From a virus (taxonomy: Duplodnaviria; Caudoviricetes), in IMG/VR virus record IMGVR_UViG_3300010376_000062, positions 1 to 43,709 of that record: a stretch of DNA of 43,709 bases; one strand, given 5' to 3'. Of this stretch, positions 33,701 through 42,138 are shown piece by piece. Below the pieces are notes generated by a model. It did no database searches. It had not been told where the DNA came from and saw nothing but the letters and a program-made list of their open reading frames with translations. Numbering within the stretch: the first letter of the stretch is position 1; each line of letters begins with the position of its first letter. Position numbers and translations under genes: made by a program.

Positions 33701-34786
33701 ATGCCGAACCAGCTTCCGTCTGGCCGTTGGCGCGGCCGGGTCTGGCACCCGCGCCTCCGCAAGCAGGTCTCCGTCCGCCAGGTGATCGGCGGCCCCGACA
33801 CCTACGAGAGCGAGGCCGAGGCGAAGCTCGCCGAGGCCGAGGCCCGCACGCTGCTCTCCAAGAGCGCCCGCGCCGGCGTCACCGTCTCCGAGTGGTGGGC
33901 CGAGTGGACGACGAACCCGATCTGGCAGCGACCGTCCGAGTCGACGAACATCAACTACCGCGCCCGGACGAAGGCCTTCGTCGAGCGCTACGGGTCGCTC
34001 GCGATGCGGGCGGTCGGCGACGACGAGGTGGCCGAGTGGCTGCGCGGCAAGCACGCCTCGACGGTCAAGGAGCTGCGGGTGATGTGGAACGACGCCGCCT
34101 CCGCCGCCGCCGGGAGGCTCGTCCGCGAGAACCCGTTCGCGAACCTCGGCCTGCCCAGCTCGCGCGGCCGCCGCGACGTGCAACCGCCCGACGAGGCGCA
34201 GATCCAGACGTTCATCCAGCTCGCCGAGGAGCTGACGCCGCCCTCGTTCGCCGCCTATCTCGACGTCGCGATCGGGACCGGGATGCGGCCCGGCGAGCTG
34301 GACGCACTGCGCTGGACGAAGTGCGACTTTCAGAAGGAAGAGATCCGAGTCGACGAGCAGTGGAACAAGATCTCGCGCCAGTTCACGAAGCCGAAGGCGC
34401 ACCACATCCGCACGATCGGGATGACCGAACGGGCGCGAGATCGGCTGCTCTCCCTGCCCCGCGAGGGCGAGCACTGCTTCCAGACGCTGCGCGGCTCGCA
34501 CTACTGCCCGTCGACGCGGACGCACCACTGGAACCGGGTCCGCGCCGCCGCAGGCCTCGGCAACTCGGAGCTGTACCTCGTGACACGGCACTTCTTCGGC
34601 TGGTACTCGTTGAACGTGCTCGAGCTGCCCGACCACGTGATCGCGCTCCACCTCGGCCACCGTGACGGCGGCAAGCTCGTCCGCACCCTGTACGGGCACC
34701 CGGACGAGCGGCTCGCCCGGCAGCGCGTCCGCGAGGCCTACCGCACGGCGCCGCCCGCGCCCCGCCAGCTCAGGATCGTCTCGTGA
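33701..34786 (+). CDS. int: Tyrosine recombinase/integrase
   Basis: N-terminal arm-binding SGRWRGR; TGMRPGEL, TRH, LGH, catalytic Tyr in LYGH; AAGGAG SD. Confidence 0.88.
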   Translation: MPNQLPSGRWRGRVWHPRLRKQVSVRQVIGGPDTYESEAEAKLAEAEARTLLSKSARAGVTVSEWWAEWTTNPIWQRPSESTNINYRARTKAFVERYGSLAMRAVGDDEVAEWLRGKHASTVKELRVMWNDAASAAAGRLVRENPFANLGLPSSRGRRDVQPPDEAQIQTFIQLAEELTPPSFAAYLDVAIGTGMRPGELDALRWTKCDFQKEEIRVDEQWNKISRQFTKPKAHHIRTIGMTERARDRLLSLPREGEHCFQTLRGSHYCPSTRTHHWNRVRAAAGLGNSELYLVTRHFFGWYSLNVLELPDHVIALHLGHRDGGKLVRTLYGHPDERLARQRVREAYRTAPPAPRQLRIVS

Positions 34787-35016
34787 GCGAGTGGACGATC
34801 GAGCAGGCGGCCGAGCTGCTCCTGGAGCAGGTGCTCGACCTCCTCGACGGGGCGGACGACGACGACGTCGTTCGCCCCGAGATGGTGCTCAAGGCCGTGA
34901 ACCAGGTCTGGTCGCCCGGGCACATCGTCGACTGGCCGGAGATGACCGCGCGCGAGCTGCGCGAGGCGATGCGCGAGAAGCGCTCCGCGCTCGCGGGCGG
35001 GGAGAAGATCCCATGA
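34783..35016 (+). CDS. Hypothetical protein
   Basis: GTGA overlap. Confidence 0.6.
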   Translation: MSEWTIEQAAELLLEQVLDLLDGADDDDVVRPEMVLKAVNQVWSPGHIVDWPEMTARELREAMREKRSALAGGEKIP

Positions 35017-35246
35017 GCGACCCCCGCTTCGCCGAGCCGGTCACCGGCAACGAGGTCGCCGGGCTCGTCGTCGCCTTCAAGGCGCTCGTCGTCCGTGCCG
35101 GCGGCCGCGTCGAGATCAGCGAGGCCGAGCTGCTGCACGCCAGCACGCTGCTCGCCCGCGTCGACGCGACACCCGAGGTGATGACGGTCGAGGTCGTGGA
35201 GGGCGAACCACCGGAGGTGCCGCGGTTCGCCGCGGAGGGCGCATGA
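35013..35246 (+). CDS. Hypothetical protein
   Basis: ATGA overlap, GGAG SD. Confidence 0.6.
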   Translation: MSDPRFAEPVTGNEVAGLVVAFKALVVRAGGRVEISEAELLHASTLLARVDATPEVMTVEVVEGEPPEVPRFAAEGA

Positions 35247-35629
35247 GCCGCGTGCCGGGCACGTTCAAGAACGCGCCACCGTCGCTGCGCCGCGATCTCA
35301 GCCCCCAGGGCCGCGAGGCCGAGCTGCTGTTGATCCGGCAGGGCGCGCTGCACACGGAGCGGCACACGCTCGGCGAGTGCACGGTGATGGTCTCCCGTGA
35401 GCCGTACGCCGTGCACGGCGAGGCCGAGTACCGCTGGCACCTGTCGATCGCGCACCCGTCTCGCTACCCGACCTGGGATGAGATCAAGGCCGCGGCCTAC
35501 GGCAGCGAGGCGCTCAAGGGCGTGATGCTCGCGCAGGTGCTGACGCCGGGCGACGGCTCGCCCTGGGTGAACCTGCACGACAACTGCTTCCACCTGTACG
35601 AGATCCACGACCAGGCGCTCCGAGCATGA
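35243..35629 (+). CDS. Conserved phage protein (WHLSI...RYPTWDE...VNxHxNCFHL family)
   Basis: Recognisable motif set; function unknown. Confidence 0.7.
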   Translation: MSRVPGTFKNAPPSLRRDLSPQGREAELLLIRQGALHTERHTLGECTVMVSREPYAVHGEAEYRWHLSIAHPSRYPTWDEIKAAAYGSEALKGVMLAQVLTPGDGSPWVNLHDNCFHLYEIHDQALRA

Positions 35630-35639
35630 GGAGGGAACC

Positions 35640-35849
35640 ATGAGGAGCTTCGTCTGCACGCTGCACGTCGACGCCCCGGACGGCGACAGCCGCGAGGAGA
35701 AGGAGGTGCGAGATCTCGTTTGGCGGGCGCTGATCGCAATCCCGCCGGAGCAGCTGGCCGGTGCGATCGTCTCGCTGCCGTACGTCGTCGGCCCCGGCCC
35801 GCAGTCGATCCACGTCGACCAGATGAGCCTTCCGGGGGACGTGGGATGA
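35640..35849 (+). CDS. Hypothetical protein
   Basis: GGAGG SD. Confidence 0.55.
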   Translation: MRSFVCTLHVDAPDGDSREEKEVRDLVWRALIAIPPEQLAGAIVSLPYVVGPGPQSIHVDQMSLPGDVG

Positions 35850-36060
35850 TCGCCAAGTCACGCCTGAAGTCACGAGGTGCCCGTATGCAGGGAAAGGTCC
35901 ATATCGGGCGCATAAGGAAGCCCGTGGGCCCTGCTGGGCCACCGCGGGCCACAGAAGGCCCAGAACGGCTCATTAGCAGGGCAAAGGGGTTCGGGGCGCC
36001 GGAGAGCCTCAAACCCCGATGGCGCCTCGCTCGGGCCCGTCTGCGGGCCTTCTAGTCACG

Positions 36061-36093
36061 GTCCCTAGTCACGCCCCCCTCGTGACTAGGGAC
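36061..36093. repeat. Perfect 13-7-13 inverted repeat within an AGTCACG repeat cluster
   Basis: GTCCCTAGTCACG-CCCCCCT-CGTGACTAGGGAC. Confidence 0.8.
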
Positions 36094-36224
36094 TGCGGCC
36101 TGAGCCTGACAGGTCGGGCACCATCGGTCGAGCGGCGCGTGGTAGAGGGCTACTCCGCGCCGCCGGGCCCCCGGCCGGTCACGCGGCGCGGGGGCCGACC
36201 TTTTCACGTGACAAGCGGGTGGGC

Positions 36225-36383
36225 GTGACGGCTCAGCAGGAGGTCTACGTGCGCCTCGTCGAGGCGTGCGGGCCGCTCGCCCTCGGCCCGACGACGGTCG
36301 ACGAGTACGTCGCGCCGATCTTCGCCGTCGTGCTGCGGGCGAAGAACCTTGTCCCCTCCGAAGGGAGTCGGCATGACCCGTAG
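36225..36383 (+). CDS. Small hypothetical protein (52 aa)
   Basis: Own translation MTAQQEVYVRLVEACG...; typical codons; overlaps the next start. Confidence 0.45.
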   Translation: MTAQQEVYVRLVEACGPLALGPTTVDEYVAPIFAVVLRAKNLVPSEGSRHDP

Positions 36384-36852
36384 AGCCGCGATCGCGTTGC
36401 TCTCCGCCTACCTGTTCCTGGTCGCGCTCGTCACCGCGGCCGTCGCCGCCACCGACCACGCGACGCACCAGCTGCGCGTGGTCGGGCACGGCCAGATCAA
36501 GTTCGCCGGCGCCGGGCCGGAGCTCTGGGCCTTCCGCTTCCGCCGCCAGCGGCGCGTCGCGAACACGCTCCGCGGCGAGCTGGCCGCCCGGCTCGACCGG
36601 CTCGTCTGGCTGGTGCAGGCGTTCGAGTGCGTGCACCAGTACGAGGGGTCGTGGACGGCGAACTCCGGCAACGGCTTCGCCGGCGGGCTGCAGTTCGGCC
36701 CGGCGGAGTGGCAACGCTGGGGCGGAAGCTACGCGCCGTCCGCCGACCAGGCGACCCCGTCGCAGCAGATCGCGGCCGCGATCGGCTACCACGCCGTCTC
36801 GGGCTTCTACCCGTGGCCGAACACCGCCCGGGCGTGCGGGCTGATCCGGTGA
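36373..36852 (+). CDS. Resuscitation-promoting factor (Rpf)-like lytic transglycosylase, secreted
   Basis: Signal/TM N-terminus; CVHQYEGSW.ANSGNG..GGLQF...W...GG.YAP.A..ATP.QQI..A...PWP. Confidence 0.8.
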   Translation: MTRRAAIALLSAYLFLVALVTAAVAATDHATHQLRVVGHGQIKFAGAGPELWAFRFRRQRRVANTLRGELAARLDRLVWLVQAFECVHQYEGSWTANSGNGFAGGLQFGPAEWQRWGGSYAPSADQATPSQQIAAAIGYHAVSGFYPWPNTARACGLIR

Positions 36853-37028
36853 AGAAGATGCTCGTCCCGGCGCGCGCGGTCCGCGAGGGCGACGTGCTGC
36901 CGACGCACCCCGGCCGGGTCGTCAAGCGCGTCGACGCCCTGCCTGGCAAGGCGGTCGGGATCGTCTTCGACAACGGCGAGCGGCACGTCACGCAGATCAC
37001 CACGCGGGTCGTGGTTGAGCGTGAGTGA
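36849..37028 (+). CDS. Small hypothetical protein
   Basis: GTGA overlap. Confidence 0.5.
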   Translation: MKKMLVPARAVREGDVLPTHPGRVVKRVDALPGKAVGIVFDNGERHVTQITTRVVVERE

Positions 37029-37146
37029 CCGCGTCCCGTCCGAGGACTACCTCGGCGCGGAGGGGATCGCGATCGCCGTCGTCGGCGGCCTGATCCTCTG
37101 GGCGCTCGTCATCCTCCCGGTCGCCTGGTGGATCGGATGGCTGTGA
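37021..37146 (+). CDS. Small membrane peptide (41 aa)
   Basis: Own translation ...GIAIAVVGGLILWALVILPVAWWIGWL. Confidence 0.5.
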   Translation: MSDRVPSEDYLGAEGIAIAVVGGLILWALVILPVAWWIGWL

Positions 37147-37352
37147 GGGTCACGATCGGCGACCGGGTGCGGACGCCGTCGGGCGAAGAGGGCGTGGTCG
37201 TCGACATGCGCCGCCCGCTCGTCCGTTCCGGGTTCTCGGACTGGTCGACTGGACGACGGCCGGAGCCGCCGCGTTGGAACGTCGTCGTCCGATTCGAGGA
37301 CGGGCGGCAGTGGCACTACTGGGCGAGTCAGCTGGAGGTGGTGACGAAGTGA
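37143..37352 (+). CDS. Small SH3-like hypothetical protein
   Basis: IGDRVRT..G.EGVVV...VVRFEDG...LEVV. Confidence 0.55.
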   Translation: MRVTIGDRVRTPSGEEGVVVDMRRPLVRSGFSDWSTGRRPEPPRWNVVVRFEDGRQWHYWASQLEVVTK

Positions 37353-37636
37353 AGCCCGAGATGAAGCCCGAGCGCATAACCGGCGCTGTCGCGGCGACTC
37401 CGGCGATCGAGGTCGAGGTGCAGCGGGCGCTCATGCCTCGGGCGCTTATACCGCGCGGGCTCCCGTATGCAGCGTCCGGCGGTTGGGTGCGCTGTGTCGT
37501 CGTCACGTTCGAGGCACCTGACGGCTCGAGGGAGCCATGGTCGCTTGACGCAGAAGGCGCGCTGAGGCTCGCGCGGCTGCTCCGTAAGCACGCCGGGATC
37601 GTGATCCGCAAGCAACGCGAGGACGAGGAGGAGTGA
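37349..37636 (+). CDS. Hypothetical protein
   Basis: GTGA overlap; atypical codon usage. Confidence 0.45.
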   Translation: MKPEMKPERITGAVAATPAIEVEVQRALMPRALIPRGLPYAASGGWVRCVVVTFEAPDGSREPWSLDAEGALRLARLLRKHAGIVIRKQREDEEE

Positions 37637-37637
37637 C

Positions 37638-37850
37638 GTGAAGGTCTGGACGAAGGCTGGCGGCAAGGTGGTGTTCGTCGCCGAGCTGGTGCTGGAGGGG
37701 CACGACCTGGCGGTGGTGGACGTCGCCAACGGCAACGTCGTCTCGCTGAGCGAGCTGTTCCGGACGTACCGCGAGAACGCGGAGCAGACCGAGATGGGCC
37801 GGGTGCGGATCACGATCGAGCCGGACGAGGGGCCGCCGCCGAGGAGATAG
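37638..37850 (+). CDS. Hypothetical protein
   Basis: GGAGG SD, typical codons. Confidence 0.55.
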   Translation: MKVWTKAGGKVVFVAELVLEGHDLAVVDVANGNVVSLSELFRTYRENAEQTEMGRVRITIEPDEGPPPRR

Positions 37851-38183
37851 CTGGCTGACACCAGGGCGCGCACCGCTACGGGCGGGCGTGCAACGCGACT
37901 CCGCGCCAGAGCAAGGCGACGGCCGAAGCCATCGCAGAAGACTGGGTGGGACCTCAGGGAGCCTGCCGCTTGACCGTCGCTGGTGCCTTCTCCGCGGAGT
38001 GACGGCGTGCTCGAGGACTCCAGCGTAGAGGCCAGGGTGGACGCCGCCCGCGATCCGGGCGGCGCGAGAGGCGTGGTCCCCGGACGGCGGCAGGCGGAGG
38101 GGCCGACCGTGGAGGCTCGCCCGAGGTCTGCCCCCGGAGAGATTCGCGTGTGTTCAAGCCGCTCGGTGGGGCACACTGCAGCC

Positions 38184-38414
38184 GTGATGGTCGTGGCGGC
38201 ACCACGCCTGGGTGAGCAGCTCCGCGAACTGCGCCGGCGGCGGGGGCTGTCGCTGCGCGAGGTCGCCCTGGCGGTCGAGGACCTGTCCTGGCAGGCGCTC
38301 TCGCGGGTCGAGCGCGGTGACCGGCAGCCGACCACACGGACGCTCGAGGCGCTCGCGGGCGCGTTCGGGGTGAGCTTCGTTGTTGACCGAGACGGGATCC
38401 GAATCGAGCACTGA
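38184..38414 (+). CDS. XRE-family HTH regulator
   Basis: LGEQLRELRRRRGLSLREVA...LSRVERGDRQP...LEALAGAFGV; leaderless candidate. Confidence 0.85.
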   Translation: MMVVAAPRLGEQLRELRRRRGLSLREVALAVEDLSWQALSRVERGDRQPTTRTLEALAGAFGVSFVVDRDGIRIEH

Positions 38415-38655
38415 GCCGTCCTGCCTCCACGGCCAGCTCTGGCTTGGCCGTGACGGATGGTGGCGGTGCGAGCGGTGCGACCCGCCGTGCTGGGAAGCGG
38501 AGGTCGTCGCGCGAGGCGAACGGCACGAGCAGTTGGTCCTCGGTGACGATCACCCGTACGCTGCGTGAGGGCGGCCCGCCACGGCCCTGCCTCTCTCCCC
38601 CGCCGTGCGCGGGCTGGCCCCGTCGGCCGTCCGGTCCTGCGGGCACGATCGGGGT

Positions 38656-39168
38656 GTGAGCGCGACGGCTGAGCAGGTCTCCGACGAGCAGTACGACTGG
38701 GACGCCGTCCGGGCCCGCCTCGAGGCCGAGATCGACCGCGGCTTCCCGGCCGCCTGGCAGCCGGAGGAGCCGGACGAGCAGATCATCGGCCGGGTCGTCG
38801 CCGTCCGCCCCGCTGTGCCGACCCGCCAGTACGGGACGGCGCCGGTGGTCGAGCTGGAGGACCCCGTCGGCGGCCGCCACTCGGTCTGGCTGCTGCACAA
38901 GGTGCTGCGGCTCTCGTTCGAGCGGCAGCGGGTCGCGCTCGGCGAGACGGTGATGATCCGCTACCTGGGCAAGGTCTACCCGGAGGGCGGCGGCAACGCG
39001 TACGACAACTACTCGCTCGCCGTCGACCGGCCGGTCCCGCGGGGCCAGCCGGACTGGGACGCGATCGCGCGCGCCCACGGCGACCAGGAGGCGTTCCGCG
39101 AGCCGACCGGCGACCCGGGCCCGCCCGCCGACGTGCCCGAGCGCGTCGACGACGACATACCGTTCTGA
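38656..39168 (+). CDS. Single-stranded DNA-binding protein (OB fold, putative)
   Basis: Acidic C-terminal DDDIPF; OB-like beta pattern. Confidence 0.7.
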   Translation: MSATAEQVSDEQYDWDAVRARLEAEIDRGFPAAWQPEEPDEQIIGRVVAVRPAVPTRQYGTAPVVELEDPVGGRHSVWLLHKVLRLSFERQRVALGETVMIRYLGKVYPEGGGNAYDNYSLAVDRPVPRGQPDWDAIARAHGDQEAFREPTGDPGPPADVPERVDDDIPF

Positions 39169-39170
39169 GC

Positions 39171-40211
39171 GTGAAGCGCGTCCTGTTGACGGGTGCCGGC
39201 GGCTTCGTCGGGCATCACACGCTCGGGCACCTGCTCCAGCAGACCGACTGGGACGTCGTCTGCACCGACTCGTTCCGGCACATGGGCAAGACCGACCGGC
39301 TGCGCGAGGTGCTCGACGAGGACCCGGGGCAGGCCCGCCGGGTGAAGGTGCTGACGCACGACCTGCGCGCCCCGATCTCGGAGCAGCTCGCGCACGAGAT
39401 CGGCCCGGTCGACTACGTGATCGCGATGGCGTCGGAGTCGCACGTCGACCGCTCGATCGAGGCGCCGCGCCCGTTCGTCGAGAACAACGTCGCGGTCGCG
39501 CTGACGCTGCTCGAGTACGTGCGCGAATGGGATCCGCCGCCGAAGCTGGTGCACGTCTCGACCGACGAGGTGTACGGCCCGGCGCCGCTCGGCGTCGACC
39601 ACGTCGAGGGGGCGCCGCACCGGCCGTCGAATCCGTACAGCGCGTCGAAGGCCTGCCAGGAGGCGATCGTCTACGCGTACTGGCGGACGTACGGGCTGCC
39701 CTGCGCGGTCGCGAACTCGATGAACATGATCGGCGAGCGGCAGGACCCGGAGAAGTTCGTGCCGCTGGCGCTGGAGCGGATCCTGCGCGGGGCCGAGGTG
39801 CCGGTGCACGTGCGCGCGGACGGGACGCAGGGCTCGCGCTTCTACCTGCACGCCCGCAACTACGCGAACGCGCTGATCTTCCTGCTCGAGCAGGTCGAGT
39901 TTCCGCTCTACGACGGCGAGAACGAGATGGAGCGCTTCAACGTCGTCGGGCAGGAGGTCGAGAACCTGGAGATGGCGTTCCTGATCGCCGAGTGCGCCGG
40001 GTTCCCGCTCCGTTCGCGGGCGGTCGACTTCCACACCTACCGGCCCGGGCACGACCTCCGCTACGCGCTCGACGGGGAGAAGCTCCGTCGGCTCGGCTGG
40101 GAGCCGCCGCTCGCCCTGGAGGAGTCGCTGCGGAACACGGTCGCCTGGACGATCGCGCACCCGGAGTGGCTCGCGCATACACGCTCACAGCTGCACGCCG
40201 CGCCTGCTTGA
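39171..40211 (+). CDS. rmlB: dTDP-glucose 4,6-dehydratase-like (RmlB/RfbB) SDR
   Basis: TGAGGFVG, ASESHVDRSI, STDEVYG, PYSASKA, RPGHDLRYALD. Confidence 0.9.
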   Translation: MKRVLLTGAGGFVGHHTLGHLLQQTDWDVVCTDSFRHMGKTDRLREVLDEDPGQARRVKVLTHDLRAPISEQLAHEIGPVDYVIAMASESHVDRSIEAPRPFVENNVAVALTLLEYVREWDPPPKLVHVSTDEVYGPAPLGVDHVEGAPHRPSNPYSASKACQEAIVYAYWRTYGLPCAVANSMNMIGERQDPEKFVPLALERILRGAEVPVHVRADGTQGSRFYLHARNYANALIFLLEQVEFPLYDGENEMERFNVVGQEVENLEMAFLIAECAGFPLRSRAVDFHTYRPGHDLRYALDGEKLRRLGWEPPLALEESLRNTVAWTIAHPEWLAHTRSQLHAAPA

Positions 40212-40220
40212 GCACCTATG
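40176..40220 (+). promoter_or_regulatory. 45-bp bipartite site, copy 4
   Basis: CATA-CAC-GCTCA N21 TGAGC-ACC-TATG; supplies the ATG at 40218. Confidence 0.75.
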
Positions 40221-41369
40221 CTGCCCGTCTTCAAGGCGCAGATCGACGACGACACGATCGCGGCCGCGGCCGCGGTGCTCGGCTCCGGCTGGCTCGGGAT
40301 GGGCGGCGTCGTCGAGTCGTTCGAGCACGAACTCGCGCGCTTCCTCGAGCTGCCGGACGAGCGCAAGGTCGTTGCCGTCAACACCGGCACGTCGGCGCTG
40401 CACCTGGCGCTGCTCGCGGCCGGGGTCCGCGCCGGCGACGAGGTGATCACGCCGGCGTTCAACAACCTGGGCGACTTCCAGGCGATCGCCGCCTGCGGCG
40501 CCGACCCGGTCTTCTGCGACGTCCACGACGACGACCTGACGCTCGACCTCGACAGCTGCTGGTCGCTGCTCGGGCCGCGGGTGAAGGCGATCCTGCCGCT
40601 GCACTACATGGGCTTCGCCTGCGACGCCGCCGTCTACGACTTCGCCCGGGCGAACGGGCTGCGGGTCGTCGAGGACGCCTGCCACGCGATCGGCAGCCGC
40701 TGGCCGGTCAACGCCGGGATGGCCCGGCGGCGGATCGGCGCGGTCGGCGACCTGCAGTGCTTCAGCTTCGACCCGATCAAGACGATCACCTGCATCGACG
40801 GCGGCGCCGTCACCTGCGGCGAGGACGAGGTCGAGACGATCCGCCGCGCCCGGCTGCTCGGCGTCGCGCAGCCGCCCGAGCGCCGCTACGTCGAGGTCGG
40901 CCGCTCGCTCGCCGCCGCCGACGGCCGCTACGACGTGCACGGGCCGGGGTTCCGCTACCACCTGGCGAACGTGCACGCCGCGATCGGGCTCAGCCAGCTC
41001 GAGCACCTGCCCGCCTGGATCGACGCGCGCCGCTCGTACGCGACGTACTACAACGACGCCTTCGCCGAACTGCCGCTGCGGACGCCGCCGGGCAGCCTGG
41101 ACGGGGTCAGCCTGTTCGGCTACGCGGTCCGCGTCCCCGGCGCGCGCCGCGAACAGCTGCGGGCGCACCTGCGCGAGCGCGGCGTCGACAGCGGCGTCCA
41201 CTGGCGGCCCGGCCACTGGCTGAGCTGGTTCAGCGGCTGCCGCGGCGCCGACCGGCTGCCGGTCTCCGACTGGGTCGGCGACGAGATCACGACGCTGCCG
41301 CTCTGGTCGCTGATGAGCGAGGACGACTGCGACCAGGTCGTCGACGCGGTCGGGAGCTTCTACGCGTGA
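40218..41369 (+). CDS. DegT/DnrJ/EryC1/StrS PLP-dependent sugar aminotransferase
   Basis: NTGTSALHLAL, GDEVITP, VVEDACHAIG, FSFDPIKTIT..DGG (PLP Lys), GFRY. Confidence 0.93.
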   Translation: MLPVFKAQIDDDTIAAAAAVLGSGWLGMGGVVESFEHELARFLELPDERKVVAVNTGTSALHLALLAAGVRAGDEVITPAFNNLGDFQAIAACGADPVFCDVHDDDLTLDLDSCWSLLGPRVKAILPLHYMGFACDAAVYDFARANGLRVVEDACHAIGSRWPVNAGMARRRIGAVGDLQCFSFDPIKTITCIDGGAVTCGEDEVETIRRARLLGVAQPPERRYVEVGRSLAAADGRYDVHGPGFRYHLANVHAAIGLSQLEHLPAWIDARRSYATYYNDAFAELPLRTPPGSLDGVSLFGYAVRVPGARREQLRAHLRERGVDSGVHWRPGHWLSWFSGCRGADRLPVSDWVGDEITTLPLWSLMSEDDCDQVVDAVGSFYA

Positions 41370-42028
41370 GCTACGACCTGGACTGGTACGAGATCGTCGA
41401 GGCCGAGCACGAGATCCAGAACCCGCTGCGCGCCGCGACCGTCCGCGCGCTCGGCGAGCAGCTCGAGCTCGGGCCGGAGTCGCGGCTGCTCGACGTCGCC
41501 TGCGGCACCTGCGGACCGGCGCTCGTGCTCGCCCAGGCGTTCGGCTGCCGGCTCGTCTGCGTCGACAAGAGCGCCGCCTTCCTGGCGACCGCCCGCGTGC
41601 GGATCGCCGGCGCGGGCCTCGAGGAGCGGATCGACGTCGTGCTCGCCGACGCCAGCGAGGTGGTCGAGCGGCACCGGGCCTTCGACGCCGCGCTCTGCCT
41701 GGGCGCGTCGTTCGTCTTCGGCGGCCTGGTCGCGACGCTGGAGCGGCTGACCGCCGCCGCGCCGCTCGTCGCGGTCGGCGAGCCGTACCGGCACCTCGCC
41801 GAGACGGTCCGGCTGGCCGAGACGGCCGGGGTGAAGGTCGAACGGGTGCTTGCCTCGACCGAGCAGGACTGGCTCGCGTACGAGGCCCACCGCTCACGGA
41901 CGCTCGAGCGCTGGCTCGACCTGATCAGGCCCGAGAACGCCGACAGCTACCGGCGGCGGGAGCGGGCCGCGCAGCTGCGGCGCCGCAGCGAGCGGCGCGG
42001 CTGGGCGATCCTCGTCTGCCGCGCCTGA
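41366..42028 (+). CDS. Class I SAM-dependent methyltransferase
   Basis: HEIQNP, LLDVACGT motif I, VDKS, ADAS, FDAALCLGA. Confidence 0.85.
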   Translation: MSYDLDWYEIVEAEHEIQNPLRAATVRALGEQLELGPESRLLDVACGTCGPALVLAQAFGCRLVCVDKSAAFLATARVRIAGAGLEERIDVVLADASEVVERHRAFDAALCLGASFVFGGLVATLERLTAAAPLVAVGEPYRHLAETVRLAETAGVKVERVLASTEQDWLAYEAHRSRTLERWLDLIRPENADSYRRRERAAQLRRRSERRGWAILVCRA

Positions 42029-42042
42029 TTCCTACGGAATCA
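42026..42042. promoter_or_regulatory. 17-bp palindrome copy 4
   Basis: TGATTCC-TAC-GGAATCA; both ends serve as stops of convergent ORFs. Confidence 0.7.
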
Positions 42043-42120
42043 CCAGAAGTGGATCAGCGCGATCACGGCGACGACCGCCAGCACGACCTGGGAGACGGCG
42101 GGCAGGCTGATGCCCTGCAT
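42040..42120 (-). CDS. 26-aa hydrophobic peptide (leaderless candidate)
   Basis: MQGISLPAVSQVVLAVVAVIALIHFW; TACGCT lies 6 nt before the ATG. Confidence 0.5.
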   Translation of the reverse strand: MQGISLPAVSQVVLAVVAVIALIHFW

Positions 42121-42138
42121 GGGGCAAGCGTAGAGGCG

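Noticed and set aside
34344-34353. GATCCGAGTC tag inside the integrase gene
   Set aside because: Encodes E-I-R-V with no SD or hairpin context; probably chance.
35846-36055. Basic ORF MIAKSRLKSRG...
   Set aside because: Has an ATGA overlap but atypical codons and overlaps the repeat field; not supportable as a gene.
36200-36215. Chromosomal parS (TGTTTCACGTGAAACA)
   Set aside because: Five mismatches; better explained as part of the local TCACG repeat family.
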